Below are positions 8,560-16,541 of a stretch of 25,563 nt of DNA, piece after piece. The stretch's first letter is position 1. Each line of letters starts with the position of its first letter. A program made the translations under genes and the position numbers. The notes below the pieces were generated by a model. That model was given only the letters and a program-made list of their open reading frames with translations, searched no databases and had not been told where the DNA came from. The DNA is from a virus (taxonomy: Duplodnaviria > Caudoviricetes), in IMG/VR virus record IMGVR_UViG_3300047403_000115, positions 1-25,563 of that record. One strand, written 5' to 3'.

Positions 8560-9663
8560 TTAAACCGCCGGAGCATAGCCAGACATGACAATGGTTGAGA
8601 AGTCGGCGCTGTTGAACACCATCTTCTTGATGCCAAAGATCATGCCGGCCGAGACGCCGAGCTGGTTTTCGTAGTCGAACAATTCCTCAACCCACTTGAC
8701 CGACGAATCGCCATTATCTTGTCCGAACGCGACAGCCGCCGCCTGTGCGCCGCAGAAGATCGCGCGGCGGTAGGACGTGGACGACGTGACGGACGAAGCA
8801 ACGCACGGGACACGGGAATCCTCAACCAACAGAGTGTTGTTGTAGGTTCCCAGAAGGCCGGTGATGATCGGGTTGTCGCCAATCTTCCCGCCCGTCAGGA
8901 TCGACTTCTGAATGTCCTGCCACTGACCAGTCGAGGTGTTCGCCCGAAGCTGGTAGGTCTGGTAGGGGTGGATGAAGCAGACATACATCTTCTGCCCGTC
9001 CACATTCAGGGGCCGGATCGCCGGCGAGAGGGTCTTGGCCTTCGCCACCGCGCGGTCAATGTCCGCCAACTTCAGCGAGAAGGTGGTGGTGGCCGACAGG
9101 GAGGCTTCGGTCGTGTCCAGAGCCGCCGAACAAATCATGATATGATTCGCATCGGGAGCCGTGGCCGCCTGATTGCCCGAATAGGCGTTGTCGATTGACG
9201 TGGACTGCGCGGCGTTGCCCTGGGTCTGCTGCGTGGTCGCACCGGCAAGCTGGTTGAAAAGGCTGGTATCGAGGCGATCCGCCCACCAGTCTTTCAAGCC
9301 GGCCATCGCTTCCTCGCGGACCGAGAACGGAACGCGCTGCTCGGACATCTTGCCGCCCGACCGCACCGCATGGCGCAGCTGGTCGATGAAGATGTTGTCC
9401 GAATAGGTCGTGAGGGCTTCTTCCGAACCTTCCAGAGTGCCGTCGCCAGTGATGCCGCGACCCGTGAGCTGCATACGCAGGCCAACAGTTACGCGGTCAC
9501 CGGGGGCCTTCTGGGTTTCGTTGCGAAGCGAGATGAGGCTGTCTGAATCCGTGGTGCCCTTGAACTGCTCGTAGCGCGTCTGCTTCAGCGCTTCCGAGAA
9601 CAGCCGGCGAGCCCACAGTTTGACAGCGAGGGCGTGATTGACCCCATAATCGGTCGTTGCCAT
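8560..9663 (-). CDS. Major capsid protein, N4-gp56 / DUF4043 family
   Basis: AVKLWARRLF, GDRVTVGLRMQLTG.G..GD..LEG.EEAL, IDQLRHAV, MSEQR, W.EE.FDYENQLGV...IFGIKK; GGAG RBS 7 nt upstream. Confidence 0.92.
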   Translation of the reverse strand: MATTDYGVNHALAVKLWARRLFSEALKQTRYEQFKGTTDSDSLISLRNETQKAPGDRVTVGLRMQLTGRGITGDGTLEGSEEALTTYSDNIFIDQLRHAVRSGGKMSEQRVPFSVREEAMAGLKDWWADRLDTSLFNQLAGATTQQTQGNAAQSTSIDNAYSGNQAATAPDANHIMICSAALDTTEASLSATTTFSLKLADIDRAVAKAKTLSPAIRPLNVDGQKMYVCFIHPYQTYQLRANTSTGQWQDIQKSILTGGKIGDNPIITGLLGTYNNTLLVEDSRVPCVASSVTSSTSYRRAIFCGAQAAAVAFGQDNGDSSVKWVEELFDYENQLGVSAGMIFGIKKMVFNSADFSTIVMSGYAPAV

Positions 9664-9677
9664 TGCTGTACTCCATG

Positions 9678-9780
9678 GTGAATAGAAACGGTTTCACGCT
9701 ACCTAACGCCAGTAGCAGCGATTCCGCTCTAAAACCGCTAGAGCGCAGCGAAATGGCCTTTTAACGACCGACCGGGTCGA
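9678..9780 (-). promoter_or_regulatory. Structured leader of the major capsid gene: three tandem stem-loop/pseudoknot units plus an RBS-proximal hairpin
   Basis: Units at 9755-9780, 9725-9751 and 9698-9721, each TCG(N)-stem-loop(xCG-TT)-stem. Hairpin GTGAA...TTCAC at 9678-9697 just before the RBS. Confidence 0.6.
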
Positions 9781-9791
9781 GAGAACGGTTG

Positions 9792-10604
9792 TCAGCCGCC
9801 CATTAGCTTCCGCCAGTCATTACCCGACAGGGTTGTTGACAGGCGGTGAAACTCATCCTCACTCATATCAGCCAAAACCTTTGCTGTCAAGCGGTTGGGA
9901 GACGTTCCAGCCGTCTGCCCAAGCGACTTGGCCGCCTTTTGGCCTTCGATGATGATTTCATTGTCTGGTTTTTCGGCCTTCGCCTTCCACCCGCGCCTTT
10001 GGGCGAGCTTTTGAATCTTCTCGGCGGGGTTATCCCCGTTCTGCATGGCCCGAGACGCGATTTCATGCTCCAATTGGATCATTCTCTGTTGCGCCGTGGC
10101 CGGATCGTAGCCCGCTTCCATCAATTCCTGGTGGGTTTCCCGCGCCCAATGGGCATAAGCGCCCGATTCGCCAAGGAAATCCGGGTTTGTCTGGGCGTAG
10201 AACTGCACCTGGGCCTGGTATTTGCCCACGAAGTCCTGCCATTCGGCCTGGCGGCGGGCAATTTCGCCCTGTTGGGCCTTTTCTTTCTCCAGCCCCTCGA
10301 GTTTTTCATTGATGTAGCGGAGATTCCCGACAGCATCCTCGTCCACCGTGGGCGGTCTCGGCTTGGTTTTCTCCTCCAAACCCTGAAGGATCTGGTTCGC
10401 GCGGTCCTCGACGACCTTTGTGCGCTGTTCCATCTCCGCGAGACGCCGCTGCATCTCCTTCCGGCGCTCTCTTTCTTCATGGAGGGCTGCAAGCGGGACA
10501 ACCTTCTGGGGATGATCCTGCGTTTCCTTCGGTGTTTCCGTGGAAGGCGTTGATTCGGACGCATTTTCCGTCGGTCCGGCGACGATCTCGTTTTCTTCCA
10601 TCAT
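9792..10604 (-). CDS. Capsid scaffolding protein
   Basis: Acidic N-terminus, VPLAALHEERERRK coiled coil, C-terminal LADMSEDEF; directly upstream of the major capsid gene. Confidence 0.85.
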   Translation of the reverse strand: MMEENEIVAGPTENASESTPSTETPKETQDHPQKVVPLAALHEERERRKEMQRRLAEMEQRTKVVEDRANQILQGLEEKTKPRPPTVDEDAVGNLRYINEKLEGLEKEKAQQGEIARRQAEWQDFVGKYQAQVQFYAQTNPDFLGESGAYAHWARETHQELMEAGYDPATAQQRMIQLEHEIASRAMQNGDNPAEKIQKLAQRRGWKAKAEKPDNEIIIEGQKAAKSLGQTAGTSPNRLTAKVLADMSEDEFHRLSTTLSGNDWRKLMGG

Positions 10605-12148
10605 GACAGTAACAATATGGTTATGTCCTCGTCATCTTGTTGAAGGGAAAGAATAGTCTCAAGCCGGGTAATCTCGGTCAATAATACACCAAGACGTTCC
10701 AGATTACCCGCTTGCCTTGCAATATTGGCCTCGGCCTGTAACAATTCTACCTTTTGTCCAATATTTTCTTCTACGACTAGCGGCTCCGGCTTTTCTTCTA
10801 TGTACCGGACGCGCTTAGTCTTTCTCCGCCTGCCTACGGGCGTGACGGCCGTTGGCGGGAGAAGATCGGGATAAACCTCCGCAATGTAGGGGCCTACATT
10901 TGGCACCTTGCGAAGCATCGGCTCGCTGGCAGCGGCATACCACTTGTCGGGAGTAATCGTTTCCGGGGCCGCAGCAGGAGTAAAGAGGAACAAACTCCCC
11001 GCGTCATTGACCGCTATGATCCGTTTCGGTGGAATGGCCTGATTGCCAAGCCATTTCTCTACTGCCGTGACTTCTGGTGTCGTCAGAATGGACGGGTCAA
11101 CAACCGGATATATCGTGGGCTGCGTTTTCCTGTATCCGGGCCTTGACGCCTCCGCGAACCACTTGTCAATTGTTACCGTCTCGCCCGCAGCAACGACGGC
11201 GACAAAAGATTGCGGAGAATCCTTGGGCATCTTCCGTTGCGGGGTTTGCGGCCCGTAGAACCATTTATCCGGGCTAACCGCTTCGGGAGTAGTCAGAAGG
11301 CTGCTGTCGATTGAAAGATGGGGATTATCTGTCGCCCGAAGTCCGCGCCTATAAGTCGGCTGTGACGGCGGTTGGCCCCATTTGTCAATGCTGACGCCCT
11401 CTGCCAGAGTGATGGCTTTGGTGTCGATGGTAAAGAACTGATGCGCCTGCGCCGGTAATCCTTTGCGGTAAGTAGGTCTGGATGCCTCCGCGAACCATTT
11501 GTCTAGGGACGTTACTTCCGGCTGTGTTTGGCCGTAACTGTCCGTCGTGAACGGCTGATGGAGGGCCGATTTAAGTTCCTTCCGTAACGTTGGGCGGGAC
11601 GCTTCCGCAAACCACTTGTCCGGTGTAATGGTTTCGGTCGTAACCACAACGGAAACGAACGTCTGCGGGGCATCTCGGTAGTATTTCGTTCTGACGGGGA
11701 TCTGCGGCTGGTAGAACCACTTGTCAGCCGAGACAGATTCCGCTTGCGTCAGCGCATACGGCGAAATCGAGAAAACCGTCTGCTGCGATGCGGGCAGCAT
11801 CTTCCGGTACGTCGGCTGCGACGGCGGGGCAAACCACTTGTTGACCTTTATATCCTCTTTCTGCGTCAGGATATACGGGTCAACGACAGTCGATGGATAG
11901 GCGTTCCTCTGATCCGTTCTTCTGGTAGGAAGCATGGGAAGATAGGCCCATGTGCCTATTGAAATCGGGGGCTGTACCGTCAGGGCATAGGGATCGACCG
12001 TATAGAACGTCGTCGAATAGCTCGGATGGAGGGCGCGCTTGTAGGTCGGTTGAGATGTGGGGGCATACCACTTCTCAAGGCCGATAGTCTCACCAGCGGT
12101 CGATATGACATCGACCTTCTGCTTATATTGTACTGACCTATCGTACAT
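10601..12148 (-). CDS. Tandem-repeat protein (11 x ~34-40 aa ExxxxDKW..S.P..RK repeats) with an acidic-hydrophobic C-terminus
   Basis: Repeats such as ETITPDKWFAEASRPTLRK, EVTSLDKWFAEASRPTYRK and ETVTIDKWFAEASRPGYRK. Ends RRRKTKR...DDEDITILLLS; ATGA-coupled to the scaffold gene. Confidence 0.8.
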   Translation of the reverse strand: MYDRSVQYKQKVDVISTAGETIGLEKWYAPTSQPTYKRALHPSYSTTFYTVDPYALTVQPPISIGTWAYLPMLPTRRTDQRNAYPSTVVDPYILTQKEDIKVNKWFAPPSQPTYRKMLPASQQTVFSISPYALTQAESVSADKWFYQPQIPVRTKYYRDAPQTFVSVVVTTETITPDKWFAEASRPTLRKELKSALHQPFTTDSYGQTQPEVTSLDKWFAEASRPTYRKGLPAQAHQFFTIDTKAITLAEGVSIDKWGQPPSQPTYRRGLRATDNPHLSIDSSLLTTPEAVSPDKWFYGPQTPQRKMPKDSPQSFVAVVAAGETVTIDKWFAEASRPGYRKTQPTIYPVVDPSILTTPEVTAVEKWLGNQAIPPKRIIAVNDAGSLFLFTPAAAPETITPDKWYAAASEPMLRKVPNVGPYIAEVYPDLLPPTAVTPVGRRRKTKRVRYIEEKPEPLVVEENIGQKVELLQAEANIARQAGNLERLGVLLTEITRLETILSLQQDDEDITILLLS

Positions 12149-12408
12149 CAGAACCCGTCAAGCGTTCGTCTCAATCGGTAGCTTTCTTCCCAAGCGTCAA
12201 CCTTGCGCTCGAACTCGTGGCATCCTTTCCCCGAACATTGCGGGCAGATCAGTTTCCCGCACCCACGGCAGAACCCGCCCAAATCAGCCGGATCGCATTT
12301 CGGTTTGACGTGGACGATCCTCTGGCAATGAGAACAGGTGAAGGTGTCGCACTCCACCTTTCTTCCGTCGTCGTAGGACGCTACGGCGTATCCCTGTGGC
12401 TTCCTCAT
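12148..12408 (-). CDS. Cys-rich zinc-finger protein
   Basis: CSHC, CRGC, CPQC and further Cys in 86 aa; overlaps both neighbours by 1-4 nt. Confidence 0.75.
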   Translation of the reverse strand: MRKPQGYAVASYDDGRKVECDTFTCSHCQRIVHVKPKCDPADLGGFCRGCGKLICPQCSGKGCHEFERKVDAWEESYRLRRTLDGF

Positions 12409-12818
12409 AGTGCGCCCGTCACCGTACTTTCCGACTTTGGGAGCGTATCGAAGTCAAATCCCTGCCTTTCGACCACCGCGCGAGTCAGCGGGATATTGTT
12501 TGCCGAGGAATAGTCCTGAATGAACTTCCGCACGATCTCGTATTCGGGATTCCCCCCGGAGGCGTTGTTCATCATATCGGACAGGAGTTTCGATGCGTCC
12601 CGGTCCCTCTGTGCCTTCTGCCAGTTCCCGTAAGCCCAGGCCAACTCCTTCATTGCAGAACGGACGAACGGTGCCGCCTCGTTCCCCTTCGATTCAAGAT
12701 AGACCGTGTAATCCCCGCCGTAGAGCGAGGCGCAATCCTGCATCTGCTCCAACGCGGCATCTTTGACATCTATCTCTGCGTAGGCAACCCGCCATTTGCG
12801 AATCTGATCGGGATTCAT
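12405..12818 (-). CDS. Hypothetical protein
   Basis: 137-aa helical ORF with a GAGG RBS and 4-nt overlaps on both sides. Confidence 0.7.
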   Translation of the reverse strand: MNPDQIRKWRVAYAEIDVKDAALEQMQDCASLYGGDYTVYLESKGNEAAPFVRSAMKELAWAYGNWQKAQRDRDASKLLSDMMNNASGGNPEYEIVRKFIQDYSSANNIPLTRAVVERQGFDFDTLPKSESTVTGAL

Positions 12819-13270
12819 TTCCTCACCACGTCAAACATGAAGTGTATCCTTGGGGTCTTGCCCCTGTTAATGATGGCGTGCGGCTTCGTCGTATCGACCT
12901 TGTAAACCGATCCAACCATCATGTGACATTCTACACCGTCCGACACGAAAACCGCGTCGTCGTTCGTCACCAGTGGAAGATGCAGTCTCGTAACCCACTC
13001 CACGGGCTGTAAATCGACATGACTCTCAATTTCATGGCCCTGCATGACGACAGACAGCATCCGCTGGCGATCTCGGCAGCCGGGGAAGAACGGAAGGAGT
13101 TTCGAGACAACTCCCTCCGTCACTTCGCCCATGCCGTACCACCCAGGGTCGCTTACCATCGCCGGACGGACCAACCCATCCGCCAAGCGGGCCTGCTGCG
13201 GCCAATTCACAAACGGGATTGACGAAACCCAATGGATAATCGGAGATACGTCAACCCGCGTGAGAGGCAT
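12815..13270 (-). CDS. Aspartyl/asparaginyl beta-hydroxylase-family (Fe(II)/2OG, cupin fold) protein
   Basis: HxD motif (IESHVD), RLHLPLVTN, distal His (DTTKPHAIINRG) and PRIH. Confidence 0.85.
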   Translation of the reverse strand: MPLTRVDVSPIIHWVSSIPFVNWPQQARLADGLVRPAMVSDPGWYGMGEVTEGVVSKLLPFFPGCRDRQRMLSVVMQGHEIESHVDLQPVEWVTRLHLPLVTNDDAVFVSDGVECHMMVGSVYKVDTTKPHAIINRGKTPRIHFMFDVVRK

Positions 13271-13273
13271 TGG

Positions 13274-13744
13274 CTACTCGATGAAGTTGCAGGTCGCGAC
13301 AACCGTGCCGGTGTAAGCGGTAGATTTCGCCCGCGCGCCCAAGCCCGCTACGTTCGTGGCCGGGACCACCAACTGACCGTCGGGGGCCGCGATCCAGCGA
13401 TAGGTGGCCCGCATGTTCACCGCCACCTCGAGAAGCTGCGTCGCAGCCGTAACCGTGGGTTCGATGGTGTGGTTGGCGGTCCCCGTCAGAAGGGCGGCCG
13501 CGTCGCCAACGTCCAGCGGAGCCGGGGTGGCCGACGTGCCGGTGCCGACCGTCGTCTGGCGGTCGATCTTGTACGTCATGTTGTTGTCAGCCGGCGTACC
13601 ATCCGTGCCGAACGAAATGTCGTACAGAAAGCCGCGCCGAAGGGTGGTAGCACCCGTCGCCGCCGTGATCGAGAACAAAGTCTTGTAAGACGTGGTCATG
13701 GCTTGTTGGGTGCCAGCCGTACCCGTACCGAGTGCGTAACGCAT
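13274..13744 (-). CDS. Putative virion structural protein (Thr/Ala-rich beta-sandwich)
   Basis: 156 aa, very Thr/Ala/Gly-rich; AAGGA RBS; lies in the head gene region. Confidence 0.6.
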   Translation of the reverse strand: MRYALGTGTAGTQQAMTTSYKTLFSITAATGATTLRRGFLYDISFGTDGTPADNNMTYKIDRQTTVGTGTSATPAPLDVGDAAALLTGTANHTIEPTVTAATQLLEVAVNMRATYRWIAAPDGQLVVPATNVAGLGARAKSTAYTGTVVATCNFIE

Positions 13745-13763
13745 TGTCTAGTTTCCTTCTGGG

Positions 13764-15059
13764 TTAGTAGGCAGAGACATTCCAGACCGGCTGTCTCACC
13801 GCGCCGGGGTTGAACCATTTATCCATTGTAATCGTTTCTGGAGGAGTTAGTCGTCCACTGACATTGTTCGTGCCAATGCCGCCTGGATTAAGAGCGATAT
13901 AAGCTGTGGTAAGGCTCGTCTTTAACGTCGCGCTGAATTGGCCGGATTGCAGGTAGAGTTTGTCGTCGGTTGTTCCACTCCAGGGCGTATTGGTGCCGTC
14001 CCACGAAATGCCAGCTGGAGTAGCATCTACAGTCGTAACGGATACGCTCGTCTTTAATGTGGCACTAAAATGGCCGGATTGCAGGTAGAGTTTGTCGTCG
14101 GTTGCTCCAATCCACGGCGTATTGGTGCCGTCCCACGAAACATCTGTTGGGGATGCATCAACACCGGAGACGCTAAGGCTCGTTTTTACTGTCGCGCTGA
14201 ATTGGCCGGATTGCAGGATTAGCTTTTGTGTTGAGGAATTGGCCCAAGGAGAGTTGGCCCCATCCCATGAAATGCCCTGCGGGCTGTTTGCTACGGCTCT
14301 ACTCGTCTTTAACGTCGCGCTGAATTGGCCGGATTGCAGGTAGAGTTTTGCGGTGCCATTAGCGGACCAAGGCGTATTGGTGCCGTCCCACTCTATTCCA
14401 GTCGCGCTTTGAACAGATGCCAGACTTGTCTTGAGCGTTGAGCTAAATTGTCCAGATTGCAAAAATAACTTAGAACTAGAACCCGCCCACGGCGTTGCAT
14501 TGGTAAATACTGGTTTATTGACAGTAATCGTCGGCGTGACCGCGTTGGTCATGCCGGGCGAGCCACCGTTCAACGTCACCCGAAATGTAATCGTGTCGCC
14601 GTCGGCCAGATCAGCGGCAATCAGCTTCACCGCCCAGACTATCTCGGTGAAATTAGACGCGGTTAGCTGGAAGTTCGTTACCTGCGCATCGGTTTCGCAT
14701 TGTTCGGAGGCGACAAATGAGCCTGAGCCCGGATCCGTAATGCCGTTCGTTGCCCGATTAGTCGTCGCAGCCGCGTCCGTGAGACTAGATGCTGTATCGC
14801 ATTGAACATTCGAGCTAGAAGTCGTTATCGCTGCAAAAGCACCCCCGTTTTTCGCGTACTGCAAATCATAATCGTCCGTAGATGCGCCAGACTTACCGCC
14901 CGTCTCATCGACCCGGATGCGAACATGGACTTGGGCGTTGGAATTGACGGTAACGGGTATTGCCGTGTTTTCGGCGGCCCTCGGCGTAGAGCCGCTTTCC
15001 GTACCGTCGAAATAAAGACGGTAGGCGTTGACTACGGGGGTAAAACTGGAAGCGCCCAT
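13764..15059 (-). CDS. Putative virion surface protein: N-terminal beta domain, five ~40-44 aa propeller-type repeats and a C-terminal DKW motif
   Basis: Five copies of TN(T/S)PW.....KL(Y/F/I)LQSG(Q/H)FS(A/S)T(L/V)KTS, four followed by (I/V)xWDG; ends ETITMDKWFNPGAVRQPVWNVSAY. Confidence 0.75.
   Translation of the reverse strand: MGASSFTPVVNAYRLYFDGTESGSTPRAAENTAIPVTVNSNAQVHVRIRVDETGGKSGASTDDYDLQYAKNGGAFAAITTSSSNVQCDTASSLTDAAATTNRATNGITDPGSGSFVASEQCETDAQVTNFQLTASNFTEIVWAVKLIAADLADGDTITFRVTLNGGSPGMTNAVTPTITVNKPVFTNATPWAGSSSKLFLQSGQFSSTLKTSLASVQSATGIEWDGTNTPWSANGTAKLYLQSGQFSATLKTSRAVANSPQGISWDGANSPWANSSTQKLILQSGQFSATVKTSLSVSGVDASPTDVSWDGTNTPWIGATDDKLYLQSGHFSATLKTSVSVTTVDATPAGISWDGTNTPWSGTTDDKLYLQSGQFSATLKTSLTTAYIALNPGGIGTNNVSGRLTPPETITMDKWFNPGAVRQPVWNVSAY
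13860..14505. repeat. Intragenic tandem repeats (5 units of ~120-132 bp)
   Basis: For example, ctcgtctttaacgtcgcgctgaattggccggattgcaggtagagttt is identical at 13915-13961 and 14302-14348; ggcgtattggtgccgtccca recurs three times. Confidence 0.9.
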
Positions 15060-15373
15060 TAGCCCAGACCTTCCTTCGTGGCCCTGTCAACGCAGGCCCA
15101 GAAATCTTTGTCCCGTATAGTTCTTCCAAACAACACCGCTTTTGGTCCCTTGTAGAACATTAGATAATCATAGAGCCCCATCATATCGCAGGGCATCCAT
15201 AAGTTATCGCGGTGCCAGTAATAAGCGTCTTTGCCTTGCCCTATGACGAAGCCGCTTGCGTTATCGGCCCGTTTGACTATGGCTTGGACATTAGTAGCGG
15301 GCGCGTCAAAGGGCGAGCCGTCTCTATCCGAGAAAGCGGAATCATCTCCGTAGTAAATACGCCAGAGCATCAC
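15059..15373 (-). CDS. Hypothetical phage protein
   Basis: 104 aa (WRIYYGDDSAFS...PFDAP), coupled to both neighbours (ATGA and TAATG overlaps). Confidence 0.7.
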   Translation of the reverse strand: MMLWRIYYGDDSAFSDRDGSPFDAPATNVQAIVKRADNASGFVIGQGKDAYYWHRDNLWMPCDMMGLYDYLMFYKGPKAVLFGRTIRDKDFWACVDRATKEGLG

Positions 15374-15999
15374 AGATCTTTCATCGCGCGAGCAACATCA
15401 TTGAGATTGATCTCGTTATGATGGTCGCAGGGGTAATCGAAGTGCGCGTAGATCTCGAACCCTGCCTTCGTGGCCCTACGGCAAAACGCAAGGTCATTTC
15501 CCATATCGACCGTACCATCGTCCTTCCATGTACGAAGGAAGGGGCCCTTCATGCCAGGATGCTCAAACACGCGCCTTGTGGCTATGAAGCAGCCAGTACC
15601 AACGGCGTCCACCCGCTGTAGCCCATCCCGCCGCGTATATTCGCGAAACGCCTGCGCGGATTCGTCCCATTTGTAGGCGTTCCAATAGACGGGACGCTCG
15701 TTGGGTTTTCCGAGGTAATGCCAGACCGGGGTAGGCAGGCCGATTACGTCCTTGTTCAAAATCACAAGGTCTAGTGGATTCTGGCACGGCGGGTTATCGG
15801 CATCAATAGAAAGCCAATGCGTCCAATCCCCCGCCAGAAAATCCAACACGATCTGGTTGAGATTGTTTTCAAACGGAACCGCGCTCGGGAACTTGAACGT
15901 GAGCGGATACCTCGTGTCCTGAATAAGCCGGAGAAGCCGCGACACGACCTCCGTGTGTATCCAGTGCATGTTGGGCACGGTGACAAGGACTTTGTACAT
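15370..15999 (-). CDS. GT-A fold glycosyltransferase (GT2-like)
   Basis: KVLVTVP start, THWLSIDAD (DxD), VDAVGTGCFIATRRVFE, GNDLAFCRRA...GFEIY. Confidence 0.8.
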   Translation of the reverse strand: MYKVLVTVPNMHWIHTEVVSRLLRLIQDTRYPLTFKFPSAVPFENNLNQIVLDFLAGDWTHWLSIDADNPPCQNPLDLVILNKDVIGLPTPVWHYLGKPNERPVYWNAYKWDESAQAFREYTRRDGLQRVDAVGTGCFIATRRVFEHPGMKGPFLRTWKDDGTVDMGNDLAFCRRATKAGFEIYAHFDYPCDHHNEINLNDVARAMKDL

Positions 16000-16541
16000 T
16001 AGGAGACAATTGACAACTTCAGGTCCGCCTTGATATTGGCGAACTTGACTTCGCGGTTTTCCCGCACGCCCATTGCCGGGTTTGACGGGTCAAGTGCTTT
16101 GTCTATGCGGGAATCAATTTCCGTCAGATCGAGATTCCGCGCTTGCCGGAGCTGCCTCTCCAATGCAAGACCATTGAGAACATCCGTGTCGTATTTCACG
16201 GGCGGCGTTCTTGCGTAAACGCGGTTGTCCCAGAAATCTTGGGCCTGGGCATCCGTCATAACCGTTACTAGTGACGGAAACTTCGCCACAGCCTCCAAGG
16301 CGAACTGTTGGGACACGACCATCATCCCCCATTGCATCCCGCGAGGACTGTCGGCGGTGTCGTCCTGATGACCGGACGTATTGTCATAGCGCCATTTGAT
16401 GATTTGGTGAGCGGACACGGCTTGTTCTTTTTCTTCCCGCGAGCCATTCCCGGCAAGCGGAAGCGTCGTCCAGTCAGGATGATCCGCATGTCCATTCGGG
16501 CGAAGGCCGATTTTTACTCGGATGGGGACGCCATTCGGCAT
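15999..16541 (-). CDS. Hypothetical protein
   Basis: 180-aa ORF coupled to the portal stop (TAATG) and to the next gene; AGGAG RBS. Confidence 0.7.
   Translation of the reverse strand: MPNGVPIRVKIGLRPNGHADHPDWTTLPLAGNGSREEKEQAVSAHQIIKWRYDNTSGHQDDTADSPRGMQWGMMVVSQQFALEAVAKFPSLVTVMTDAQAQDFWDNRVYARTPPVKYDTDVLNGLALERQLRQARNLDLTEIDSRIDKALDPSNPAMGVRENREVKFANIKADLKLSIVS

Noticed and set aside
8548-8575. T7-like programmed frameshift or readthrough at the end of the major capsid gene
   Set aside because: No canonical slippery heptamer, and the downstream cement gene has its own RBS and ATG.
13860-14505. Diversity-generating retroelement TR/VR pair
   Set aside because: The repeats are in-frame tandem units in one gene, differences are not confined to adenines, and no reverse transcriptase is present.
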